Assembly: GCF_046119375.1 (NCBI RefSeq)
Contig: NW_027362761.1
Coordinates: 334,862,001-334,926,000, forward strand
Direction of reading: 5' to 3'
Source of the DNA: Phyllobates terribilis
Lineage: Eukaryota
DNA length: 64,000 nt
Below, in pieces: positions 1 through 14,097 of the stretch. The position numbers and the translations under genes were made by a program. Position 1 is the first letter of the stretch; the number at the start of each line of letters is the position of its first letter. Below the pieces are notes generated by a model. The model was not told where the DNA came from and searched no databases. It saw only the letters and a list, made by a program, of their open reading frames with translations.

Positions 1-466
1 ATCTGTCTCCCGGTATGTTCCCTGCATCCAATATCTGCTGTGTATCCACTGATCCCTGCTAATTTCATTCTATCTGTCCTTGGTATGTTTGATCCAATCT
101 GCATGTTCATCACCTCAATCCTTTGATACAGAAAAAACACTGATCCCTTGCTGTTTGTTTCCTGAACACATTTAGCTTCTGTGTCCTAATTACTCCACCC
201 TCCTCCCCCCTCCACCCATGCTTTTGTGAGCAGTCTTCCTGGGGCTCCTCCCCTCCTGCACACCTGACCCACCTCATGTGCTAGCCAGAGCTCCATAAAT
301 CAAGCGAGTCAAGTCTGGCACAGACAGGTCTGGCTTTTAAAGGGTCGCTTTTTAAGGGGCTAAAAATGAAATATGCAGGAAATGGGTGAGAAGTGACCAG
401 AAGGTACAGATAACTATTTAATATTTTTACTTAGATTACCTTTCTCATTCACACTTAACATTCATT

Positions 467-3400
467 ATGCTTACATATGCCCTTGCTGTTTTTGCCCCAC
501 TAATCCTCACTCTCCTTTGCTATCCCCAAACCCCAGCACCCTCTAACCAAATCATCATCTCTCCTTCCCTCTTACCTCCCTACCTGACCTCATCTACAGA
601 CCTGATCCTCATCCTCAGATCTATCCTACCAAAACATAACACAAGCCGGACACTCTCCTTCTCCCACCTGCTCTCCCTCTCTCTGCTTCTCCTCACTGCT
701 GGTGACATATCTCCCAATCCTGGACTCCCACAGCTTGCACCTTCCACCAATTCCCCCACCTATCACATCAAACCAACTGCAAACTACCGAAACCGCTCTT
801 ACGCAAAACCGGTCCCCCTGCTCCCTCTCTCTGGAGCACTCTGGAATGCCCACTCTGTCTGCAACAAGCTCCATTTTGTCTACGACCTCTTTACCTCTCT
901 CAATATCTCCTTCCTGGGCATCACAGAGACATAGCTGACACCCTCCAACACTGCCTCCCCTGCTGTGCTGTGTTACGGTGGCTTGCACTTCACCCACACT
1001 CCTCGCCCTGGTAACAGACATGGTGGAGGAGTGGGTCTTCTCCTTTCTAACAACTGCACCTTTAGCCCTACTCCTCCTCTACCCTCTCTTATTATCCCTT
1101 CTTTTGAAGTTCTCTCTGTCCGCATCTACTCTCCCTCCAACCTCCAAGTGGCTGTCATATACCGACTTCCAGGCTCGGTCACTGCCTTTATTGACCAATT
1201 CTCCACCTGGCTTCTTTACTTTCTCTCTGCTGACATTCCCACAATCATCATAGGCGATTTCAACATCCCCACTGACACTCACCAGTCAGCAGCATCCAAA
1301 CTTCTGTAGCTTACTTCATCCTTTGGACTTACTCAGTGGTCCTCCTCAGGCACCCACACAGACCGACACACACTAGACCTCATCTTCACTCGACACTGCT
1401 CCCTATCTAACCCCACAACCTCCCTCTACCCCTATCTTACCACCATCTACTCACCTTCTAATCCCTGTCCTCCTCACCTGTCACCCATGTCCAGCAACTG
1501 GAACACCCCCACAGAAACCTTGCACATCTAGACACCCACATACTCTCTGACTCTATTCTACCACTGACATCCATAACTTCACTTCATGACACAGACAGCG
1601 CCACTGCTTTCTACAATGCCACTCTTGCATTAGCTATTGACTCGGTCGCCCCTCTTATGCATGGCAGAGCGCGACGAGTCAACAGGCAACGCTGGCACAA
1701 CAACCTCACTAAACAGCTTTGACAAGCGTCTAGGGTTGAGGAGCGGCGTTGGAAGAAAACAGATTCTCAAGATGATTTCACTGCATTCAAACAAGCAACA
1801 CCCGCATTCAAATAAGCACTCACATCTGCTAAACAGGCCTACTTCACAAGCCTCATATCTTCCCTATCCTACAACCCCAAACAGCTATTCAACACTTTTA
1901 CCTCTCTCCTCCTCCCTCCGCTGACCCCTCTGACCTCCATCATCTCTGCTGAGGAGTTTGCCATATACTTCAAAAACAAGATTGACCAAACATGGCAAGT
2001 CTTTACTGTCCGACCACCACAACCTCTTTGTTTTCCACACCATTGTCCTACATCCAAAACCTCCCTTCCCAACATCACGGAAGGAGACCTTACTTGTCTC
2101 CTCTCCAAATCACACCTCACCACTTGTGCACTCGACCCCATCCCACCTCCTCCCCAACCTCCTCCCCAACCTCATCCCCAACCTCATCCCCACATTCTTC
2201 CCACCACTAACCCATCTCTTCAACCTATCACTATCTTCTGCTACCTTCCCTGCTGCCTTCAAACAAGCTACAATCATGCCCATCCTCAAAAAGCCATCCC
2301 TCGACCCAACCACCTTGTCCAGCTAACGCCCCATATCGCTGCTCCCATTTGCCTCCAAACTCCTTGAGCAACACGTTCACGCTGAACTTTCCTCCCACTT
2401 CTCATCTAACTCTCTCTTTGACAATCGACAATCCAGCTTCCGCCCCCACCATTCCACCGAAACTGCCCTTACTAAAATCACCAATGACTTACAGCCAAAG
2501 CTAACAGACAATTCTCTGTACTCCTTCTTGACCTGTCCTCTGCTTTCGATACTGTTGACCACAGCCTCCTACAACAGATCCTCTCTTCCTTTGGCGTCAA
2601 AGACCTCGCCCTATCTTGGATCTCCTCATACCTTTCTAACCGTACATTTGGTGTCTCCCACTCCCACACTGCCTCCTCACCCTGCCCCCTCTCTGTTAGA
2701 GTCCCTCAAGACTCTGTCCTAGGACCTCTATTCTTCTCCATCTATACCCTTGGCCTGGGACAGCTCATAAAATCCCATGGTTTCCAGTACCATCGGTATG
2801 CTGATGACACCCAGATCTACCTCTCTGGCCCAGATGTCACCTCTCTACTGTCCAGAATCCCAGCATGTCTAGCAGCCATATCCTCCTTCTTCTCCTCCAG
2901 CTTCCTCAAGCTCAATGTGGACAAAACCGAACTCATCATCTTTCCCCTATCTCGCATATTTTTCACACTTGATCTTTCTGTCACAATAAATTACATCACT
3001 CTTTCCCCTGAATGGACAATCCGCTGCCTCGGAATAACCCTTGACTCTGCCCTGTTCTTCAAACCCCAAACCCAAGCTCTCGCCACCTCCTGTCGCCTCC
3101 AGCTCAAAAACATTTCCAGAATCCGTCCTTTCCGCAAGCCTCAATCTACTAAACTGCTTGTAAATGCCCTCATCATCTCCCGCCTCGACTACTGCAACAT
3201 CCTCCTCTGTGGCCTACCTGCTAACACTCTTGCACCTTGCTCCATCTCTCTCTACTCCTCTGCTACCCCCCCTTTGCAAATCCCTTCGCTGGCTCCCAAT
3301 TGCCCAGCATATCCAGTTCAAACTACTAACACTGACCTACAAAGCCATCCATAACCTTTCTCCTCCGTACATCTCTAAACTAATCTCCCGATATATTCCC

Positions 3401-3604
3401 TCACGTAATCTTCGATGTTCCCAAGACCTTCTTCTCTCTGTCACACTTATTCATTCCTCACGCAATCGCCTCCAAGATTTCTCCCGAATATCCCCCGTCC
3501 TATGGAATTCTGTGCCTCAACACGTCCGATTATCCGCCACACTTGGAGCCTTCAGACGGAACCTGAAAACCCATCTCTTCAAACAAGCTTACAGCCTGCC
3601 ATGA
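467..3604 (+). pseudogene. L2 ORF2 (APE endonuclease + reverse transcriptase), disrupted by stops and frameshifts
   Basis: ORF fragments 467-934, 965-1309, 1958-2326, 2917-3354 and 3164-3604 are collinear pieces of one APE-RT ORF. In-frame TAG at 932 (where W is expected) and at 1307. Confidence 0.9.
680..730 (+). other. 2A-like (StopGo) motif at L2 ORF2 N-terminus, degenerate: SLLLLTAGDISPNPG-L
   Basis: GGT GAC ATA TCT CCC AAT CCT GGA CTC at 701-727, preceded by a Leu-rich stretch. The final Pro appears as Leu (CTC). Confidence 0.6.
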
Positions 3605-3833
3605 CCTTGCTTGCTGCCACCTCAACAACACCGGAGCTATAGCAACCCCTCAACCTACTGTCTCCTTCCCCATTCCTGTAGAATGTAAGCCCGCAAGGGT
3701 ATGGTCCTCTTCCCTGCGTACCAGTCTATCATTGTTAGTTTGTGCATTGTAAGTGATATCTGTATTTAGTATGTAACCCTTTCTTATGTACAGCACCATG
3801 GAATCAATGGCGCTATATAAATAAATAATAATA

Positions 3834-3897
3834 TCTATCTATTTATTATCTAGCTATTATATATCTAATCTCTTTCTATCATCTATCTATCTATATC
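3834..3897. repeat. Degenerate (TCTA)n/AT-rich microsatellite after the L2 tail
   Basis: atctatctatttatt...atctatctatctata. Confidence 0.6.
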
Positions 3898-4328
3898 TTT
3901 TTGTAAAATTGGTTTATTATTTTTGCCAACTAACTTTAAGTTTACATAGGGTATTATATTATATAAAAGATGATTTTATAAGCTCATTGCATACGGATTG
4001 CATATGCATGTCATATGGATATCATATGGATGCTATGCGAGAAAAAAATGCACACTCGCATAGCACTCGCATTGTTTTAAAATGTATTTCTAATAAAAAT
4101 ATTAATTTTATGGATGGAAGTGCTGGAAAATCCTTTTTTCTTCTTCGGTTCTACAATAGCTTAGCTTGACCAGAAAGAATTGGCACCCATTCATCAATCC
4201 TGTATCCCAACCAATATTGGCATGGTGAGCTTCTTTATTCCTTTTTTTACATACAGGTTCCACTTGTCCAACTTTTCGGGATGACCATTCAAGCAATTTT
4301 TAATACGCTGATGTGAGCGAATACTTAA

Positions 4329-4769
4329 AGGGGTTGTCTGGTCAATAGTGATACGTCTGCAGTCACTCTGTGTGACTGCAGAGTTATGAGTCCCTCCAGC
4401 ACAGGCATTGTGTGCTGTGGGGATTCACCGGTATGAGACCCGGTAACAGAGAGTATGTATGTGTTATACTTACCCCGGCCAGTGGGCGTGGCCTCATTCT
4501 CCATACACTTGTATTGCGCGAGGCCACGCCTTCTAGTCGGACCCGCCCACTGGACATCCAAGTCACTAGATGGGGCATGGCCTCACTCCATACAGGTATA
4601 TGGAGCGAGGCGGCGCTGAATGGCCGGGGGTAGGTATAACGTATACATATCCTCTGGTCCCGGGTCTCATACCGGCAAATCCCCGCAGCGCACCGTGCCT
4701 GCGCTGGAGGGATTCATAAGTCTGAAGTCACACAGAGTGACTGCAGACTTATCACATTTGACAACCCCT
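4329..4769. mobile_element. Foldback MITE, T2-like (Kolobok-type): TTAA TSD, AGGGGTTGTC termini
   Basis: TTAA 4325-4328 | AGGGGTTGTC ... GACAACCCCT | TTAA 4770-4773. Nearly the whole element is an inverted repeat. Confidence 0.85.
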
Positions 4770-6639
4770 TTAATAGAACAAGCGGTTTTCATTTACAAAG
4801 ACTGAATTAAGGTCTCTGAGATGAATAGTAAGAAAAATCACACTTACTCTCAGATTAAAAAAAACTAATTTGGACAAATCAAGCTAAATCCATTATTTTA
4901 CCACTACAGCTTCTTAAGATTCTTTTTGTCACTGAAGTTTAAGCTTACTCCTGTTGCAATAGGAATAGTTGCTGTGATGCATGAAGAACAAGATTGTAGT
5001 CTTCACACAAAACTTTGGCCTAACCCCAACAGCAGTGTTGGTGAAGCTGCTACTAGAACAAAAGTTTTTGCAGTGGGGACAAAATATTTTTCAGCCACCA
5101 GAGGTCATTGATTATAGGGAAGTTATCGTCAGAAAATGATCCATTGTTTAAATCAGGTTTTTGTATTTTTAAATATGCAACTAACATTTTCAGAGAGGAA
5201 AAAAATAGTGGAATTCTAGTGTCATCTATTGGAAGTAGCAATCCAAAAAGTTAATATTAACCATTTTAAAGAGCCTTGCAAAATGACTTAGGATAAGTAG
5301 TAAAAAACTGAAGTTCTGTTTTCAGAGATGTGTTTTAGGGTGTTTTCTCCTCATCATCGCTAAGCAGAACAAGTGTCTGCAAAACGGAGTTTCTGGTTTG
5401 GCTTTTTATCCTAAATTACGTAGGAAGGCCCTTTGAAGAATCGGTATTGACGTTTACGTTGCTACTGCTAATAGTTGGCACTAGAGTTCCTGTCCTCTTC
5501 CTCTCTGAAGAAGTTATTTGCATTTCTAAATTCCCAAGGCAGCCTTGAATGACCTATACGCATTCCCATTTTGAATGTGGAGTATTTATGTTTTTTAAAA
5601 AATAGCATTTTTTTTTCATATCACAATCTTTATTTAACAAAAAAAATCTACATTTTTAATAATCTTTTTTTCATTTTAATTTTTTTACACTGGCCAATGG
5701 GACATTTTTTAGGGTTAAACTTCCTGTCTTTTCAGGAAGAGTTTTCAGCAGAGCTTCTTATCATCAAAGACAGGATTATAATGATAGCTGATAACAAAAG
5801 GATGTACCAATCATATAGGTATAATACAGCGCCTCTTTGTCTTTTACATTGAAAAATCTAATGAGCCGGTGCAAAAGTTAAGATTGGTGTCTGTTCATTG
5901 TGGCTAATGTAAATGTGGATTTCCTGAAACCACAGGAAGTTAGAATCTAGCAAAGCCCCAGTGCCCAGATTAAAAATTGCAATACTTTATTTTTTATTTT
6001 TAATACAGATGGTGTTAAAAAAAAAAAAAATACAAAAACCTGGTTTAAGCAACAGCTAATTTTCTGATTATAGCTTCCTCTTAATGGCGTGGAAGACCCT
6101 ACCTTGCTGAAAGTTCTCGAGAATGAGATAGAGAACAGAGGAACACAGCTCATCTTTTTCTATCATCCCTTCACTCCACAGACATAAAGGAGCTTAGCTC
6201 ATGCTACACTCACTAGGGAAGCTCATTTCACACAAATCCCTTGATATATGCATATAATCAAGTATACACATATTTATTCAGTATGGATAATTCAATCTTA
6301 GGGATTTTCCTTTCAAAGAGAACATTGGGATGCAGTAAATAATATAAGTAGACCCAGTCTCATGTAGCAATATAGCTCAGGATGATCAGCATATAGTATA
6401 TCAAGCAACTGCTGTGCGTGTAACTCTAACGTTATACTCTAGCGTTATAGACTCTAATGAATCCTATTTTTTCACATAAGGGAATTGCATACACAATAAT
6501 TCTATAATATACTTGTAAAATATGTGTTTTTGTTTATGTATAGAGAATAAGCAAATTATTAAAAAAAAGAGATTTCTTTTGAGGGCATAAAGCACTACTC
6601 TTGCTAAGTCTCAATAATTCTCTATTCCGCTTGAAATTC

Positions 6640-6869
6640 ATTCTGTTTGAAAAGCTAAGGAGGCTAAAGGGAGACTTAGTAGCGGTCTACAAATATCTGA
6701 AGGGACGTCAGTGTCACAGTATCCTTATTGTCATTTGCACATGGAAACACGAGAAGCAATGGAAAGAAACTGAATGGGAAAAGATACAGATTAGATATTG
6801 GAAAAAACTTTTTGACACGATGACCCCCGAGGTCCCTTTCAACTCTAACATTCTATGATTCTATGATTC
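6640..6869 (+). mobile_element. CR1 LINE 3' fragment
   Basis: Peptide FEKLRRLKGDLVAVYKYLKG (CR1 ORF2 C-terminus) and (ATTCTATG)n tail at 6850-6869. Confidence 0.85.
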
Positions 6870-8560
6870 ATATTTGGCAACAGTCTCAATTTTACTGGGA
6901 CCATCTAAATGTAACACTTCAACCCATGACCAAATATTAATAATTTTAACATCTCTTTTTTACAAGTGTCAGGTATTGTAATCAACCACAAAACCTTATT
7001 GTAACACTAGCCATTGAGTGAATGTATAAACAGCATGTGCGACTTTATAAATACTAATTATACATGAAACACATAGCAACCCATATTACACCTTATGCCA
7101 TCCAGTGCCCCATTCCCCACTTAAAATGGCAGCAATCAGAATGGTTTCATTTTAATCTTCAGCCAATTTGGAGCTCTCTGTCAGAAAATAAGAACACCGT
7201 TATAATAGGGATATAATTAGAGATGAGAGAATCTTTTGAAATCTGAATTTGCCAACTTTGATTATTTTTTTCCTGAAAAAAATCGATTTACAGTGAATAA
7301 ATTTGCACAAGCTTCAATATTGATAAGCTCTTGTAAATGCAGGCAATTGGGGATGAAATAATTTTTTCCATTTGGATTTAATTAAAGAATTTACATTGTT
7401 TGCCTATCGGCATGAGATCAACGGATGAATTTTGGATGTGCGGTCCATGCCGTTTCTCTACAGTTCTAGCCATTTATAAATTATTACTGACCACTAATAC
7501 CTTGAGAGAAATGCTAATGTCCCTTGAGAAAGATACATATAAAGATATTTAAAATGAGTCTCAAACACAAATTAAACCATGTATACGGTCATATAAGGAA
7601 CTTAGCTTCTATAGATATCATTCATGTAGTACAAATTGCACTACTTTCCTTTTATATATATGAAAAATAAACATTTTATTACATTAGCAAATTACAATTT
7701 TCTGCACTTTCTCTTATGCTGATTGACAGCACTAGCTTTGGACCATTAATTGAATTGAATTCCCAACCTTGCATACACTGACACTGCAGCAGCCGAGATG
7801 ACACATTGCGGGTGCTCTCTCATTGCGGGCGCTCTCTCATCTCCCTCTTTGGTCTGTAGCAGAATAAGGTTGCACAGTAGCAGGGAGATGCTGTCAGGAG
7901 AGGGGTATAAGTACGCACGCTCATCGATACTGCAGGAACCGGGCATGTTTACACCACATTCCCACACTGAATTTGAGTTTTGGAGATAACCTAACTACCT
8001 TTAAAATATTACTTAGCAACTTCAAAGCAATATTGATAGTGTTGGTGGGCAAATTGATCATACAGAACAGAAAATATGGGAATATTCATGCACATACACT
8101 ATATTAGTGAATGATTATGTCTACATTTAAAACGGGGGTGTAAAGGCTTACAAAAAAGTTGCTGGTGATGATCAATCCAGATGTAATAATAATAAAATCA
8201 GAAGACTTGCTTTAGAAATATCTTAATTTTTGCATCTATTCCTGCTTCAACTAGTCAAAATCCTGCTTCCCTCACATACAATTTTGGATTACAGGATTGA
8301 TCGAGCATATCTTATACTGAAAGTCAGAACAGCTCCTGGGAACACCCCAAGAGACACTCTACTACACGCTCATTCTTATCAAACTAAAGAAAGATTGCTA
8401 GTAGAAATGGGTAAAAAAAAACAATGTTCCTTCTTCATCTTATGACAAGATCTTGCTATTCTCTGATTAATCTGAAACCACCCAGAAAATCCAAAGGAAA
8501 TGTATGGATATCACAATTACAAAAGGGGATGCTATAATAAAATATAAATTGGGGTCTTCC

Positions 8561-9051
8561 CAGGGGTGTATTTAAAAGGATGGCAGGCGGGGCATTTGAG
8601 CAAGGCCGGACACATCTAGTCGGAATGTGGCCAAAGTTTGCAAATCACCTACTTGCACTCACATGACCGTCCACTCTTGCTACCGTCATGGGAGAATCCT
8701 AAAAGTGTGCACTGCAGGCACTGTGAGAATTCATAAGTATGCAGACATGTAAAGTGAATGCAGACTTTCATCACAATTATAAAATGAAGCCCTGTAGCCA
8801 ATCCTAATAGCGTGTAATATACTCACTGTAGGGATTCAGCTCTGCTTGCTGGTTCCAGCAGTCATCACATGTTTCTCTCAGATTTTCACTGAACATTGAG
8901 ATAATTAGGAAGAGCAGGTCATTGGCACGTGACTGTAAGCAAGCTAATGGCATATGAATGAGGGGTCACATGACGACTATGCAAACAGCATGAGGGGGGC
9001 TGCCAAACTGAATTCTTGCCCCGGGTGCCAGAAAACCTAGATACAGCTCTG
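8561..9051. mobile_element. Old hAT-type non-autonomous element
   Basis: Imperfect TIRs CAGGGGTGTATTTA / CAGAGCTGTATCTA. Flanks GGTCTTCC and GGTCTTAA match at 6 of 8 positions, consistent with a decayed 8-bp TSD. Confidence 0.5.
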
Positions 9052-10001
9052 GGTCTTAACATAACATTAGCTGCAATAATTATTCATATTCTGTTTCTTC
9101 AGTAAATAAAAACATTCAACACATTTCTAAAAAGTGAAACATAGTCATGCCTGCAGATCATCCTAATATTTGCACCCTCCAGTTAAGATCTCAGATGAAA
9201 GGATATTAGTGAAGATCAGTGGTCATCAGATGTAACCTGAGATGGGTCTACCATAAGTATTGCTATATTCAACAAAATAAATTTCAGTGAACCAATAATA
9301 TGGGCTTAAACATATTGATTAATCCCTCAAATTTACTGTAGATTAAAAAAGGCTTTCCAGTTTGTTTGTTTGTTTTTTTTAAAAATCCCTGTATGTTACT
9401 CATCTCATTGGCCAGAGTTAGGCGCTGAGTCTCTGCCGCTACTACTGCTGCTATCACTGTTTGTTATAGTTCTTGTCTGCAGCGCTGATGTCACACCAAC
9501 AATGTTGCAACTAATAACTAAGCACATTTATTTTTTCAATCAAACTGCAGCCTGGGGGCAGGGGAAATTTTGTGACTAATGAGTAGAGATAGGCCAATCC
9601 GAACAGAAATTATAATATAATAATTTTTACTATTTGCCAAATATCAGAATAATGAGAGAGAAAATGTTAAGGCAATTTTATTACTTACTGCAAAGTCAAA
9701 AGTTTACATACGCTAAGATTACTATGCCTTTAAACAATTCTGGACTGTCCATATGATAATGTCATGTGTTTGGAATCTTCTGATGTTTTGTAGCAACATC
9801 TGAGTTAATTAGAGACACACTTGTGGATGCATTTTAAGACACACCTGAAATACACTGCTTCTTTGTGTAGCATCATGGGAAAGTCTAAAGAAATCAGCCA
9901 AGATATCAGGAAGAGAATTGTGGACTTGCACAAGTCTGGCTCATCCTTGGGTACAATTTCGAGATACCTGAAGGTGCCTCGTTCATCTGTACAAACAATT
10001 A

Positions 10002-11160
10002 CCATATTTTTCGGACTATAAGGCGCACCGGACCATAAGACGCACCTAGCTTTTAGAAGAGGAAAATAGGCAAAAAAAATGGGCTAAAAATGTGGTCATA
10101 ATGCCTAGTTATGGGGGAGGGGGTCTGCTGCTGACACTGGTATTGGGGTAATGTCCCCCAATTCTGTTAATATCCTCCATCCTAGTATTTATGGCCCCTC
10201 CTTCCTGGTATACGTAGCCCCCATCCCATCCTGGTATAGGTGGCCCTCATCCCCATCCTGGAATGCATGGAACCCCTCGATCCCCCTCCCTGGTATTAAT
10301 GGCACCCCCTGATGCCCATCCTAGTATTTATGGCACCCCTTGATCCCCCATCCTGGTATTCATGCCACCCCTTTGATCCCCCATCCTGGCATGCATGGCA
10401 CCCCTTTATCCCCGATCCTGGTATTCATGCCCCCCCCGATCCCCATCCTGGTAATGCATGGCACCCCTTGAGCCCCTATCACGCTGCCCACAAAAAAAAT
10501 AAACAATCAAACTCACCTCCTCTCTCCTCCAGCACTGTCCCGCTCTACTGCCGACACTCTCACTGTGTGAGCCGCGCATGGCAGGGCGCGCATGGCGTCC
10601 CTGACATGCACCCTCACACAGTGTGAGATGCTGTGCCAGAATAGTCACTGCTCCCCACGCCGGTACTCTGTGCATGGGGAGCAGTGACCATTCAGTCTCT
10701 TCAATAGCCGGCACACTGTACCGCAGCGCAGCTCCTGCTGCCACTCTGCGGTCTGTGTGCCTGCTATTAAAGACCATGAATATTCACTACAACCCATGGG
10801 AGTGGGTTGAATGGAATATTCACGAGCTTTAATTGCGGGCACACAGACCGCAGAGCGGCAGCAGGAGCCGCGTTGCGGCTACAGTGTGCCCGCTATTAAG
10901 GAAAATTAATATTCATTGCTCTCCATGCCCATGGGCGTGGGGAGCAGGGAATATTCATTTTCTTTAGTAGCAGGCACAGCATGGGCTGCAGCAAGCGGCT
11001 GCTGCCTCCTTTGCCACACTGATCCCCCGCTGCCGCTTCCCCACACCCACCACCATGCACGGCCATACAGTAAAATAGTATTCGGACTATAAAACGCACC
11101 CTCCACTTTCCTCCGAAATTTTGGAGGAAAAAAGTACATCTTATAGTCTGAAAAATACGG
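10002..11160. mobile_element. pogo/Tc2-like non-autonomous element inserted at a TA in the Tc1 transposase
   Basis: TA|CCATATTTTTCGGACTATAAG ... CTTATAGTCTGAAAAATACGG|TA. Removing it rejoins the host reading VQTI/ICK. Confidence 0.9.
10180..10475. repeat. ~32-bp minisatellite inside the MITE
   Basis: Recurrent ccccatcctggtat...gcaccccc units. Confidence 0.75.
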
Positions 11161-12305
11161 TATATGCAAGTAGAAACAAGATGGAAATGTCCAGCCATCA
11201 TACCGCTCAGGAAGGAAACGGGTTCTGTGTCCCAAAGATGAACGTGCTTTGGTCTGCAATGTGCATATCAACCCAAGGACAAAAGCAAAAGACCTTGTGA
11301 AGATGATGACAGAAGCTGGTAAGATTGTGTCAATATCCACAGTGAAAAGATTACTGTATCAACATGGGCTTAAAGACCACTCTGCCGGGAAGAAGCTATT
11401 ACTCCAAAAGAAACATAAAAAAGCCAGATTAATGTTTGTAAATGCACACAGGAACACAGACCTTAATTTTTGGAGACATGTTCTGTGGTCTGATGAAACT
11501 AAAATTGAACTTTTTGGGCATAATGACCATCATTACATTTGGAGGAAAAAGGGAGAAAGTTGGAAGCCAAAGAACACAATACCAACTGTGAAACACAAGG
11601 GTGGCAGCATTATATTGTGGAGTTGTTTTGCTGTAGGAGGCACTGGTGCACATCACAAAATAGATGGCATCATGAGAAAAGAAAATTATGTGGCAATACT
11701 GAAGCAACATCTCAAGACATCAGCCAGGAAGATATAGCTTGGGCCGAAATGGGTCTTCAAAATGGAAAATGACCCAAAACAAACTGCCAAAATGGTAACA
11801 AAGTGGCTTAAGGATAACAAAGTGAAAGTTTTGGAGTGGCTGTCACAAAGCTCTGATCTCAATCCTATTGAAAATTGATGGGCAAAGCTGAAAAGGCAGG
11901 TGCGAGCAAGGCGACCTTCAAACCTGCATCAGTTACACCAGTTTTGTCAGGAGGAATGGGCCCAAATTCCAACCAACTATTTTGAAAAGCTTGTGGAATG
12001 ATATCCAATATGTTTGACCCAAGTCATTCAGTTTAAGGGCAATGGTACCAAATACTAATGAAATTTATGTAAACTTTTAAAAATGTCTTAAAACATTCTC
12101 TCTCTCTCTCATTATTCTGGCATTTGTCAAATATTAAAAATGATGGTAATCCTTATTGACCGAAAACGGGAAAGGTTTATTCTGATTTCATGTCAGATAT
12201 TGAGAAAAACATGCATATGTGTATTTTAATATATAGTGTATGTAAACTTCTGGTTTCAACTGTAGATGGCACCTGATTATAAAAAAATTGCCAAAATACG
12301 TTTAA

Positions 12306-12510
12306 CCCCTTCATGACTTTTGATGTATAGGTATGTCAAAGGTCATGTCCCTGCTTTTGATGTGGGCTCTGACGCTGAGCCCGCATCTTTCAGCTGTCAT
12401 GTGCCGTTAATAACCAAGGGTGGATCATAGATCCATCTGCGGCTGTTAACCAGTGAAATGCAGCTGTCAATCACTGACAGTGGCATTTAACAGGCACCGG
12501 CAGAAGCACG
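12306..12510. mobile_element. piggyBac-like terminal fragment
   Basis: TTAA|CCCCTTCATGAC start; no partner end found. Confidence 0.4.
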
Positions 12511-12517
12511 TCACAAG

Positions 12518-12600
12518 TAGTGTTGAGCGAATTTGTTTGGCATTTCAAATTCGGGTTCGTGTTCGCGCCAAGAAATCGGCTTTCCACGAACATCCTTGAT
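12518..12600. mobile_element. Orphan hAT terminus (TAGTGTTGAGCGAA) with TTCG subterminal motifs
   Basis: Same terminal 12-mer as the hAT ends at 40263 and 47948. Confidence 0.55.
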
Positions 12601-13752
12601 TTGAATTGTCATGACAGCATGGAGATCTGTAGAAGACCCATGTGCCTGTCATTGTAAATCTCCTATGAATGCCAGCGACACAATACAATACCAGACATTA
12701 AAAACATCATGTTAGGTTTTGAATGACAGTTTTCTTTAACAAGATTTCTTCTAGTCAGTCTTAATATGCGCTAATTTTATAATAGTGCATTATACTTGCT
12801 GCATTATACTATGTATGAACAGTTAGAAATGCTACATCTGTACAGTATATATAGTAAGGGCTGGACCCCCTACTCGAGAACTGCACCACAAACCCACAGA
12901 ATACCGTATACTTCTATAGTATATCTGTACAGTATATAGTCAGATCATGCCCCATCTATCATTATTATAAAGAACTTAATTAACACACTCCAATTTCCTC
13001 ATGGCATCTATAGTACATCTTATTTCACAAAGGATCAACAATACCATGAGGATGAGTCTTTTCCATTCCAATATTGGTTTAGTAATTGATTCATTTATTA
13101 CAGTGGCTATTCATCACTCCCTTCTTTGGATTGTTACGTATTTTGTTACATTACAACCTGGGTTTAAATATTTTTGTAATCCGATTTGTGTGTGATGCAT
13201 TAGCACTAAGTAGTCTAAGTTTGTGAAGTGAAGTTACAAAAATATAGGCATAAATTAAATTTATGGGATCAAAAAACTATAAATTGACATGTGCATGTGT
13301 ACTATTCACTCCTTTTGCTATGAAGCCCCTAATAATTTCTGGTGCAAGCAATTCCCTTCATAAATCACATGCTTAGTGAAAGGAAGTCCATCTGTGTGCA
13401 ATCTAAGTGTCACATGGTCTGTCAGTATATACACACCTTTTCTAAAAGGTCACAGAGGCAGCAACACCATTACGCAAGAGGCACCACTAACCAAACAACA
13501 CCATGAAGACCAAGGAAACCTCCAAACAAGTCAGGGACAAAGTTGTTGAGAAGCACAAGTCAGGGTTGGGTATAAAAAAATATCCCAATCTCTGATGACC
13601 CCTTGGAGCACCATCAAATCCATTATCATCAAATGGAAAGAACATGGTACCACAACAAACCTGCTAAGAAAGGGCCGACAACATAAACTCTCAGCCCAGG
13701 CAAGGAGGGCATTAATCAGTGAGGCAGCACAGAGACCAAAGATAAGCCTTAA

Positions 13753-14097
<345 letters not shown>

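Larger units (their letters stand above)
1..3833 (+). mobile_element. L2-clade (CR1/L2 group) non-LTR retrotransposon, near full length, decayed; 5' boundary uncertain
   Basis: APE motifs (LWNAHSVCNK, GITET*L, IIIGDFNIP, HTLDLIFT) and RT motif YADD at 2797-2808. Typical L2 3' end tgtacagcaccatggaatcaatggcgctatataaataaataataata ends ~3833. Confidence 0.9.
9620..12262 (+). mobile_element. Tc1 (DD34E-type, long TIR) element, outer 5' TIR missing, interrupted by a MITE
   Basis: Transposase remnant from ATG 9875 (MGKSKEISQDIRKRIVDLHKSG) to TAA 12056-12058, with WSDETKIELFG motif. 3' end ...GGTTTCAACTG|TA at 12262. Confidence 0.9.

Noticed and set aside
626-1282. Minus-strand ORFs over the L2, and similar antisense ORFs over the Tc1, Gypsy and hAT elements
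   Set aside because: Shadow frames of TE coding sequence.
4900-5570. Possible exons or an L1 RT remnant (NNGSFSDDNFPI...)
   Set aside because: Stops in all extended frames, only vague similarity, and no convincing splice pair.
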